DNA from: Lobosporangium transversale | Lineage: Eukaryota | Assembly: GCF_002105155.1 (NCBI RefSeq) | Contig: NW_019029023.1 | Span: 248,001 to 312,000 of the forward strand | Length of the DNA stretch: 64,000 nucleotides | Reading direction: 5' to 3' | Part shown: positions 1-10,892 of the stretch, piece after piece | Layout of the letters: each line of letters opens with the position of its first letter | Numbering within the stretch: position 1 is the stretch's first letter | Translations under genes and position numbers: made by a program | Notes under the pieces: generated by a model | What the model saw: the letters and a program-made list of their open reading frames with translations, nothing else | Told to the model about the DNA's origin: nothing | Database searches by the model: none

Positions 1-679
1 AGGGCTGAAAGAATACACTGTTGATTTAAGCCAAGACGCATCAGCTTACCTTTCTCCTCCATTACTTTATTACTTTAGAACCACCTTTGTGGAGAATGTT
101 TGTGAGGAATGGTGTATTACGAGGTAAATATATATATTTGTACAATTATGATTTTGGTGATCGAATTATGTTTAATCGTACTTTTACTTCAAGCGCAAAC
201 AATCAGAAATAAAAATAATTAATGGCTCTGGCTCTAAACTTTTTTTATTAGACTGGCACAGCGCTTTGTTGCTGCTGCTCTCGTCCGTTGCTTTGTTGCT
301 CTCGTCCATTGCTTTGCTCTCTTCTTTCTCTCATTCATTTTGGCGGTTACTTTTTTTTTTTTTTTTCCTTCATCTCTTCTCTCAAGATCAATTCTTCCTT
401 AATTCTCCTTTCCCCTTTCTCTACTCTTTTTCTCTTCAAGTAAAAAAACAACCCCAGCAACGCCCAAAGGTTGCATTCAGCAGGTAAATAAATTTTTTTA
501 CAGTGTGAGCTAATACACTATGTAATAGAGTTTTTTTTTTACTTTTTATTTTTAATTTGTTTCGAGTTCCTGAAATTGCCATCATGTCATTTCATGCTCA
601 TTCTCTCTTAATGTCTTCACTTCCATAGTCCTTGTGCAATCACCATTTCAACTTTGCACACATTAAACCTGATTAAACA

Positions 680-3600
680 ATGGCTGAAAACAATGTCCCG
701 GCGGCATCTCTTCGCTTTCTCTTACTTGGCGACGTTGGAGTTGGGAAATCAACCTTCATCAGCACCCTCGCTTCAACCCTTTCTGCTGTTCATGCAAATG
801 ACCTTATCGAAGAGTACATCCCTGCACCTCTTTCCTCTTCCACCCCCGCACCTTCTGCAATTCGTCTGAATGGCGTTCACATCGGTGCGGGATCTGTTCT
901 CCAGGACGACGGCTCTTCCCCTTTTGACGATCCTTTAGGTCTGTTACCACCAAAGGTAGAGGTCCCTTCGAGAGACCTAACATTCCTCAGTCTGCCAGGA
1001 TATTCATCCACCACCAACCCTTCGACAATCCTTTCTCTGACGGATGATTATCTTAATCATCATCTTCATTCAGTGACTTCTATTTTCTCACCATCTATTC
1101 CCTCTGCACAACTGGCATGGTTTTTGATCGCAGGCTCGGGTGCTCATTCGCTCCCGACTTGTGCGTTCTACTTTGTGCTCTATGAACTCAAACCAATTGA
1201 TATCATATACATGAAAATGATCCATGAGCGTATCAACTTGATTCCCATCATTGCTAAAGCCGACACAGTCTCAAAGAATGAACTTTGGGTCCTAAAGAAG
1301 AGGATGCTCCGTCAACTAAAGATGAATGGTATCAAGATCCATACCTTTGGGTTAGACATGGAGACAATTGAGAAGATGACTCAGCAGCGACAATGGGGCG
1401 CACCTCCCTTCGTTGTCAGCACTCGTGAAGACAGCGAGGGTCAACTTTTGGAAAGTGAGCTGAAACTGCTGATTGACTTGTGTTTGTACAAACGTATCAG
1501 ACACCTACAGGAGGACGCCGCACGAAAAGTAATTGCTTGGAAGTAAGACATTTACCAACAGTCGAAACAAAACAAAAAACTTCTTTTGCTGCTGTGCAAC
1601 TTTGCCACATATAATTTGTGAATTTCATTTTAATATTCACCTTTTTTCTTTTTAATTAACAGACGAACAATTGAACAAACAGGAAGACAAACAAAAACAA
1701 ATGTGGAAAAAGTCTGGGAGAGAGGGGTTGCAAACACAAAGGACACAAAAACCAACCATGCGAATGGCTTTACGACAAATACCACTCCAGTTGCTGCTGT
1801 GGCGACTGTCAATGCGAGCACCTTTGTGAACAACCACAGCAACGGCTCATATTTTACTCAAGCCGACATGCTCCCTTCGGTCTCCAGCCCTGTAAACCAG
1901 ATCATCCCTGGACAATATGCGCCCCCTCCCTCTGTTCAACAGCAACAGCAGCAGGTCCTGACCCCGCCCACGCCTGCGCCACAAATTAACGGCCAACTAG
2001 CATCCCCAATCAACCTGCCTTTCACCCCACCTCCGTCTGGTAACTCTTCTAGTCTTGATAAGACCGACGTTTCTACCAACTTTGGGTTATCTCTCACTGG
2101 CTATGCACCTCCACCAAGCTTTAACAACGGAGCGACTACAGGATACAGTGCGCCTCCTTCCTCCTTTAATAAACCAGCATCTCTGGGGGCCGTATCATCA
2201 GCGTATCCAGTTCCTGGGACTGCGGCAGTTATTCCCCCTCCTCCTTCATCATCTCACGCTCACCCTAGTCAGTACACCGCTACTACAATATACTCACCTC
2301 TCCCAAAGACAACATCCGCCAACTCGGTAGTTAATGCAATTACTCCACCCATTCAGTCGCGTCTGCCCCTTGGGCATACCGTCACTGGTTTATCTGTCGA
2401 CAACTCAACACGCCCAACTGAACTTACTGGGGAGAATGTCCAGGAGACGGTACCAGATGCCCGGCGATCGTTCATGGAGAGTTATACGCCAAAGGCTACG
2501 GGTGCAGCGGATGGTGTACATTCCTCGCCTACACTGGAAGCGGCTTCCAGTGCTTCTGCTGGCGCTGAAGAGTAAGAACGCCGTTTGTTTGTTTGTTTTT
2601 TTTTTTTTTTTTTTTTTTTTTTTTGTTTGTTTGTTTATCTGGGGTTTTTCTTTTTCTTTTTCTTTTTCATATCTGAGCGTCATTCTTTTAATGGCTAGCT
2701 AATCATTATTTACTGTTATCATTGCCCAACCAAGTAGGATAGAGGTCAAAGTAGAGATTCCAAATTCGGGAAGTTCGTACCAGCCATCAGCACAGGATTC
2801 TATAACAGACTTTAGCAAGCAACTGCCTCCAACACCACAACTACAACAGACTTCATTCCTCTTGCCAGGAGGCTTCCAGCCAGCTGGAGCTTTCCTTATT
2901 CCTCCACATGACCTTTACCAGGCGACGCTCATGCCAACTGTTATTGGGGCAGCAGGAACGAACGAATATGGCGAGGCCTATCCAGACATTTGGGAAGCAG
3001 TTGAGCTTGGGGATGTGGCCACTGTTCAGATGCACCTCAACAATGGTGTTTCACCAGATCTTCGCAACACTACCCGCTCCACATTATTACACAGGACTGC
3101 ATGGCAAGGGGTGAAGCCGTTTGCGGTGATGAAGTTACTCATCTCTTATGGTGCAAATGTCAACCTGACGAACGAGAATGGGAACACGGTTTTGCAAAAT
3201 GTATTGATGAAGCATGATGATGTAGGGCTGGTCAAGTTGTTACTCGACAATGGTGCAGAGACTATGATCCCCAATAAGGAAGGGATGAATGCTCTTGAGG
3301 TGACAGCGTTGTTCAACAAGGTGGAGTTGGCACGCTATTTATTAGAGAATGATTTATCGTCCTCGGAACCGCAGAGTATCATTAATGCAATGCAACGTGT
3401 GCGTAGTCCAGATAAGAGGGCCATGAGGGTCCTTCTCAAGAGCTGGCAAGGCAAGGACGGAGAGAAAAAGCGGTTGGAGCTGATGGAGAGGTTGAGGAAT
3501 CCGCCGTCCAGTCATGGAAGCCATCAATCACAACAACATAGTCAGCATCAACAACAGAGATCTAGTGATGCTGCCAGTGTGCGCAGTTTTGAGACGACCA

Positions 3601-3688
3601 AAGGAGACGGAAAGTAAGTTTTTGTGAACCGTATTTTATCCTTGCATTACAATGTTTTTTATTTTTTTTACTTTTTTGATTCTGACCC

Positions 3689-3726
<38 letters not shown>

Positions 3727-3777
3727 ATATGCCTCTTCTACTTTAGGTCTAGCAAGTGGTTAAAACTAAAGTTTTAG
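680..3777 (+). CDS. Septin-like P-loop GTPase + Pro/Ser-rich linker + ankyrin repeats (4 exons: 680-1542, 1663-2571, 2738-3613, 3747-3777)
   Basis: GDVGVGKST Walker A, INLIPIIAKAD septin G4 motif and ankyrin motifs (TLLHRTAWQG, GANVNLTNENGNTVL). The GT..AG introns at 1543-1662, 2572-2737 and 3614-3746 each preserve frame. Confidence 0.8.
3689..3726. repeat. (ATCT)n microsatellite in intron
   Basis: Direct reading of the tandem ATCT units. Confidence 0.9.
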
Positions 3778-4215
3778 GATAGTTTACAGTAATGAGTTAT
3801 GCCCCATACTATCATATTCTTTCTAATGATGATAACACGTTTAATGAGCATTTTTAAAAGTCAAATTAAAAAATAAAAAAGTAAAATGTGATGACTAAAT
3901 TATTAAATTACTGATTTAGGCATTTTAATTTGATCAAGGCGTAAAGAAAATATAAATCTGGCTTTGCTGCGGGATTGTGGGTGGCTGGGTTTTGAATGGC
4001 CGCAGCAAAAAAAAAAAAAAAAAAAAAAATATTGTTCGTTGTTCGTGTGCTTAAAAAAGCTCTTTTTTCTTTTCGCTTTCTTTTTTTTTTTCATTATCAC
4101 AAAAAAATAAACTCAACTCGTCTTTATACGACAACAACTGATCTATAACACTTTTCCATCCCATCCTATCCTTCCTTTCACATTTTAACACTCATATACA
4201 AAGACACATTCAAAA

Positions 4216-5985
4216 ATGAGCTCAGCCTGGTTTGACGTTAGATGCAATTCATCCAGCTCCAGTAGCTTTGCCTCTAGACTTGGCATACGAGACACTGACA
4301 CCGAACAGAATACCAGGGTAAGGAAAAGGCTTCAATCTTGACTCTTGTCTTGCTTTGTCTTGTCCTGCCTTGCCTTTCCTAGCCTTGCCTTTCCTTTTTT
4401 TTTTCCTTTTTGATTCTTGATATCAATTATACTAAAAAAACTCTTTCAGACATTAAAACAGCCTTCAATAGAACAGTTGGTTGATAAAGCACAAAGCAAT
4501 GCTGGTCTGTTGTATGAAATGATCACAGCCATAAACGAACAGAGTGAGACTCTTTCCACCTTTGAACAAAACGATCTTATTCAGGTAAACAGAACTAGAC
4601 TTTTTTTTTTTTTTTTTTTTTAATTTTTTTATTTTTTAAAGGGGGGTTTCGACAGTAAATTGTATGGTGTTGCATATCATGCATGACTTGCATGATAAAC
4701 ATGAATGAAATACTATGATTTTGTCACACGTAATGAACATTATATTCTGTATTTTTTTGAAAAAAAAAAAAAAAAAAAAAAAGACTTTATATCGCGAGTG
4801 CCAAGAAATGACAAATAACCTTAATGAGCGTATCTGGGAAAGCTCTGGCTCAAGTTCCATTGGACTATCTCAGTCTTCTGAATCCAATGTGAACGATGAG
4901 GCACAAACTGGTATGTATTGGACAAACAAAATGCATCACCTTTTTCTTTTATCACTACTATCATTACTAATTTATTGTTCTTTTCCTTTTTTTTTTTTTT
5001 TTTTTCCCTTTTTTGTAAAGTATTATTAATTTCATGCCTTGAACAGGTTCAAACTTCACTACGCCGATATCAAGAATGCAAGGATTTTTTGAGCGCTAAA
5101 GCGATGCAAGAGGAAGAAAATGCACTTGAACAGGCCTATGTGTCAACCCAGCCCATCGACCACATTCAAGTTCATGGACGTCATATTGACAACAGCAGCA
5201 CTTTTGCTGCTGCTGCTGCTGCACTAGATAATCACAAAGCCAGTGATGACTATTATGATCATGGCTATGTCCGTGACAAAGAGGATTACGATCAAGGCTA
5301 TACCATGGATCAATCATTCCTATCTCACTTTCGCGAATCAGACGAACCCTATGCTTCATGGCATTTGGATCCTCGAAAGGATTTCAAGGCTAACCAGTCA
5401 AAGCTGAAGACTGGGATTAGTATGGAGCAAATACGACAGCTTTGCAATGAGCGAAAGATGAAGAGATGGGTAGAAAAGAATCCTCAAAACAGTGTTCATG
5501 GAATCAAAGAAGATCCACTGAAGCTTAGGCCTGAAATGTTGACATTGGATGATGCTACCCAGGAAGACGACCTTTTGGAAGGAGCTGCGACTGAGGAGCC
5601 AAAGGAAGCTGAAGACCATGCAGAAGAATCAAGCGCTCGGCTGAAAGTAGAAGAATCAAAACCAACCACTTCATTGGAACTAAAAGAGTCAAAGTCAAGC
5701 TCTCCAATGGGAGTAGAAGAGAATGGAGGACAAAAAGAGAACTTTGAGTGCATTCAGACCAGTGGAGATAAGGGTAATGATGATATTGGGAACGAAGAAG
5801 AAGGTGGTAAAGCTGTGCAGGTGAAGAAGGATGAACAAGACGAGAAGGTATCAGCTAAGGCTGAAAAGGATGACGACAAGGACGACAACGACGACAAGGA
5901 TGCTTTATCTGATGAATCATGGGAAGAAATCCCTGAGCATGGCATTGCGAATCTGCTGGTTGAGGATGAGAACGGACTGGAATAA
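4216..5985 (+). CDS. GAT-like helical domain protein with acidic disordered C-terminus (multi-exon; exon edges approximate)
   Basis: Spliced segments AQSNAGLLYEMI..FEQNDLIQ|TLYRECQEM..|LLISCLEQVQTSLRRY resemble a GAT three-helix bundle. GT..AG introns with poly-T/A tracts; long final exon to 5985. Confidence 0.55.
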
Positions 5986-7204
5986 GCGAGATGCAGCGTG
6001 GAACAAAATTTGTCATTGTCGCTGTTGTCGTCTCTGTCCTTATCATCCTGAAATACCAAGCCAAATACTATACTGCTATACTTTTGCTCTATCACTATTG
6101 ACCAACGATTGTTAAGAGTTGTAAAATAAACAGAGATGGCCGCAGCGGCATAAATGGCGATGTGACTCGTGGCTACTCTTTTTCCATTTTATTTTATTTT
6201 ATTTTATTTTTTTTCATATTGTCATGAATACTACAAAATCAATGTTCCTGAATCATTTTTACCGAGCAGGTCTTAAATTACTTGAGCAGATCCTCCTTTT
6301 TTTTCATGATCTCGGCAATCCATTGTTCCCTTTTCGCTTTCTCGAGCACTGTGCTCTTTCTTGCCTATCCAATTTGCAGTTGAAGAGACAACTCTGTGGT
6401 GGTGATATCCTGAAGAGAAAACCCCTCTGGCGCATGTTAAAAATAGAATGAATTGAATTCTAATCTTGATTCTATCGCTCATTGCGACAAGGTTGACAAG
6501 GTTCTCTCGCACAAATGCTCCAAGGCCAAGGTAGACAGACTTTCTGAAGGGCTTTGTGCGACTTTTATTTCCCCAAGCCGTTCTTTAAGGGTGCAAAATA
6601 AAAAATAAAAAAAATAAAAAAAAACCGTTGTTATGGTACTATTACATTCCCAAAAGAAACATCTTTATACATTTCACAGTTTGAAAGCCACCGGTAATCT
6701 TTCATTGAGGTAAGTTATGCACGACTCTTTGAATAACTACAAAGCAAATGCTCAATGATTAAATAGAATTATCTTTCAACAGCAAGCAGTGGAATAATAA
6801 TGCTCCTGCAGGATGCCTTTCGACCACTACAGGATTTGAAAGCACAACTGAAAATACCATCGATCCAATCGTTGCTCTAGGAACCTTTTTTTTTTTTTTT
6901 TTTTTTTTTTACAAGCAGAAGAGGATATGGCGGCAAGCGCCGAGTTGGAAAAAGACATAAAGTTCATAGAGGGATTTAAGTAAAGCATGGTAGAGCGGAT
7001 GATTTTGACAAAGTGCCATGAGGAAGGTACAAATGAAGGCTACTTCCAAGGCTACACAACCTCCAGCTCGATAAAAAGATAATTCAAACCAAAGGAGTGG
7101 GGATCCCCTAACATCTATCTTTAATACTGCGAGTTGTAATCATTTTTCATTTTTTTTATTTTTTACTTTTTTATTTTTACTTTTAATAGTATAAGTACAT
7201 GGCC

Positions 7205-9611
7205 TTAAATTATACCTTGTTTAGCCCCTGTTCTGAGTATTTCTGATAACATCAGATCTACTTCCTCCCCAGTTAAATTCCAATACAGGTACAAACTTAT
7301 CAAAGTCGCGTTGGTCTTGAGCGCTTCTGACAATGCGAGAGCTCCTTCATTCCTAATTTTGTTCTTCCACAAGCCCAACGTGGTTAAAGTTGTGTTGGTT
7401 TTGACCTCTAACAGTGCCAGGGCCCCTTCTTTCCCAACAGACTTGCTCTCCAATTCCAAATTGATCAAGGTCATGTTGGCCTTGAGTGCCTCCGAAAGTG
7501 CGAGAGACCCTCCGTTCCCAAATGGGTAGTCGTTTGAGTACGCCTCCGCCCGATAATTGCTCCATAAGGAAGGTGTTCCAGAAGCCCAAACTGGTCAAAG
7601 TTGAGCTAGCCTTGAGCGCATTTAACAATACTAGGACCCCTTTCTTAATTAGGTTGAACCGCAAATCCAAAGTGATTAAAGTCGTATTAGTCTTTAGTAT
7701 CTCAGAGAATGCAAAGGCCCCTTCATTCCCAATTGAGTTGTTCGTCAAGACCAAAGCGGCCAAGGTCGCGTTGACCTTGAGTGCCTCCGATAATATAAGA
7801 GCTCCTTTATCCTCAATGTTGTTGAGATGCAAGTTCAAACAGGTCAATATCATGTTAGTCTTGAGTACCTCTGACAGTGCTGTAACTCCCTTCTTCCCAA
7901 TTGGATTGGTATGCAAATCTAAATATGTCAAAGTGGTATTGTTCCTGAGTGAATCTACAAGTACCCGAAAAGCACTACCTTCAATCCTTCGAGGTCTCAT
8001 CTCAAAGGATAATCGTTGAAGATGTGCCGGTTTTCTGCTTGGTAAATTGGAAAGTTCGATATGATCCGGAGATAGTACAATACTGATCGTTTCATTTTGC
8101 GGGACTCTATATTGCGTAGATATTGACTGTAGTCCCCTGGTAAAGCTCCCTTGAGAATCTCCAAGATCTAGTCAAAGAATCAATACACTTGATCTATCTA
8201 GTGCTTCCTCAAGTGCTTCAAGATCAGCTTTGCTCCATCCCCATTTAAGCGTGATATCCAACTCGTATACTTGCTTTGCATTGACCAAGGCATTATATTC
8301 TTCAGCCCTGGTTCTGGATCCCAATTTGTTGACCACTCCACCAAAGTGTGGGGCATACTTGCCACGGTTCACCTCCACAACATTTTTGAGCGCCATCTGT
8401 TCTCTCTCTCTCTATAATTCGAATGATAATGATGAGGATAAACCCATTTGACATGCCCTGTTTCTGTTGTTATTCTGTACAAGTTGTCAAGCTTGCTATC
8501 TTCATCATTAGTTTGAAGGAACGTTCTCACCTGACGGAGACCTGTTTCTTCAAGTAGTTCATAGTCATCAATTGTGTTAATGTTATTCAAGGCTGGATAC
8601 GCCTTGGAGAGCTCATTCAAGTGGTTGAGTGAATGATCAATACAGTTTTTGCGATTTGGGACTGGTGCAAGAGGGGCAGCCAGAGGTATTCCTACTTTGA
8701 GGCACTGTAAAAGGATGACCATGTGTTTCCCATACTGTTGAAAGAACTCTGTGTTGTTTCGGATATCATATCATTCATGATTAGCAATGTGGATTCGGTT
8801 CCGGTTATCTTTGCTTGTCTTTACAGAGTGATCCCCCACATTCACATAGGAAGTGAAGGCGGAACTCGTTCCTCAAGACATTCATTGGGTCCCAATTGGC
8901 GTGGTCGAGAGGTAAAATGATAAAGAGTTGAGAGATTGGATACTCGTGTAGCTCAAAGACCTGAACAAGGATAGCTTCAGCTTCCTTTTGGAGTATAGCA
9001 AGTCTGTCGAGCGCTTGCTCTTGCAAATTTTTCATCTCCTCCTGCATCGCAAATATCTTCTCATCCTTCTCCATAGCCTCCAATTGCAGCTTAATCATAT
9101 CTGATTATAGCTTAATCATTTCATTGCCCTATTTTCGGCTCTCATCAGCAACTCCTTAATCTCTTCGTACTGAGAGTTGGAGTTCTCGTTATTGTGAACA
9201 GTAAGAGATGAGTTGGAAGATTGAATAAGGTTGGATAATGACAATAGAGCGTCATGAAAGGCCAGATTTTTCGACTCTTTTGATATCGGCAAACGGGCGA
9301 TAGCGTTGCTGTTGCTGTTATTATTGTTGTAGTTGCAGGACTGCGTTTATCCTGTAATGACATCCAGGATCTTGTCAGGATAGAGCGCAATACGTGGAGG
9401 TTCAATCCTAATGGAGTAGAAAAAAAAGTCGTGCCAAATTGGGTTCTCTTCTCTTTATTTTCCTTTCCAGAGCAATTGATAAAACAAATATGCCTGTTGT
9501 CATCAGCGTCTAAAAGGAATGGGATGGGATCCCATCCACCTTGAATCGATGTGCATCCAGAAATACATCTACAATGTCTCGCAGAAATTGTTGGTATTGA
9601 GGTTCTGTCAT
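7205..9611 (-). pseudogene. LRR-family paralogue 1 (header + coiled coil + central domain + RNI-type LRRs), multiply frameshifted
   Basis: Starts ATGACAGAACCTCAATACC like its intact paralogues. Fragments LAILQKEAEAILVQVFELHEYP, RLHFLCEC, NLYRITTETGHVKWV and LRRs lie in five different ORFs. The first-intron donor reads GC. Confidence 0.85.
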
Positions 9612-10892
9612 TTCGGTAATAATTCGAGGGATGATGATAAGATGAATTCTTTTTCCATTTCTCTATTTTAAGTAAGAGATGTGAGTGATCTAATGTGACA
9701 GCTGGATGTTTTGCTCCTGATTCTTTGCTTTCATCTTCATCAAGGATCAATCTGGAATCTGTGCGAGACGCTAAGGGGGAACTCAAGGATAAAGCTCTTC
9801 CTTGGATACCTCGCTCATAATCAGAAACGAAAATGATTGTCTTTTATACAAAATAGATTTAGATCTTTTAAAGATGCATTTGGCTTAGTATCTATCCCAT
9901 TATGGTGTAATCGAAGGATAGAAAGAGCAATCCCTAGTCCACGCGCATACTTCAAACAGGACACAAACCCATGTATCCATATTGTATTTTTCTTTTTTTT
10001 TAAAAAAAATTCGTTCCTGTCGCTCCTGTCAATAAGAGAACCATTCACTATATAAAATCCTTTTAATTGATTCAAAACCTCGGATCCATCACATGGGCGA
10101 AGCACTGCACAATGTAGCCATATAATATATATTGTAAGCCAGTCACCTCATTTGTAAAAGATTAATCATCTTATTGCTCTATCTATACCCTTTATCCAAG
10201 AGTAATCCTAGTTTTTTAATTTCATTCAATTTTATTTTTTTCTTTTTCTCTTTTTTTAACAAACAGAGTTCGCACATGGACCAGTTGTGCTAAAGCCAAG
10301 ACGATCGATCATAGCCACATGCCACACCTTAGCGGACGGATAGGAGAGCTATCCTTTACAGTGAATCTTCCGGGAGACGTAGCCTTGAAGCGTGCTGTTC
10401 AATGACCTTAACAGCGTTCGTGTATTCATTATGGTACTCGAGCGAAACCCAAGCTGGTTCCTCTTTGTTAATTGGGGATCCAAAAATACTAGATAGTAAA
10501 TGGCAAAAATGCACAGGTTCATTGATCAGTCAAGTGCGGTGCGCTGTTATGGCTGTGCTGTTCATACTGATAGCTCAAGACGCGTTTTTTTATGGCTTGA
10601 CTTGACCTCTATACTCACCTCTCTCAATCGTATCATCAGACTTTAATCATAGCAGGAGGGCAAACCATTAATTGCTGGTCTCAATCAATGCATCCTGACG
10701 GGATAAATTTACAGCACTCTGGGATGAAAATACAGCCAGCGGATTCATGCAAGATCAAGCATTATTTTCCCAGCCCTGCCACTTCAAGAGGCGAAGCTGA
10801 AAAACAATCAACTAGCATCTCCTAACATTGAGAAATGAGACAGCTTTTTCTCTTTTCTTCATCTTGTCATCATCCCTTGAATCACCACCGAA

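Noticed and set aside
10195..10215. CTAG near the distal duplication end as a possible Helitron 3' terminus
   Set aside because: Homology extends past the CTAG, and I found no subterminal hairpin or A/T target junction.
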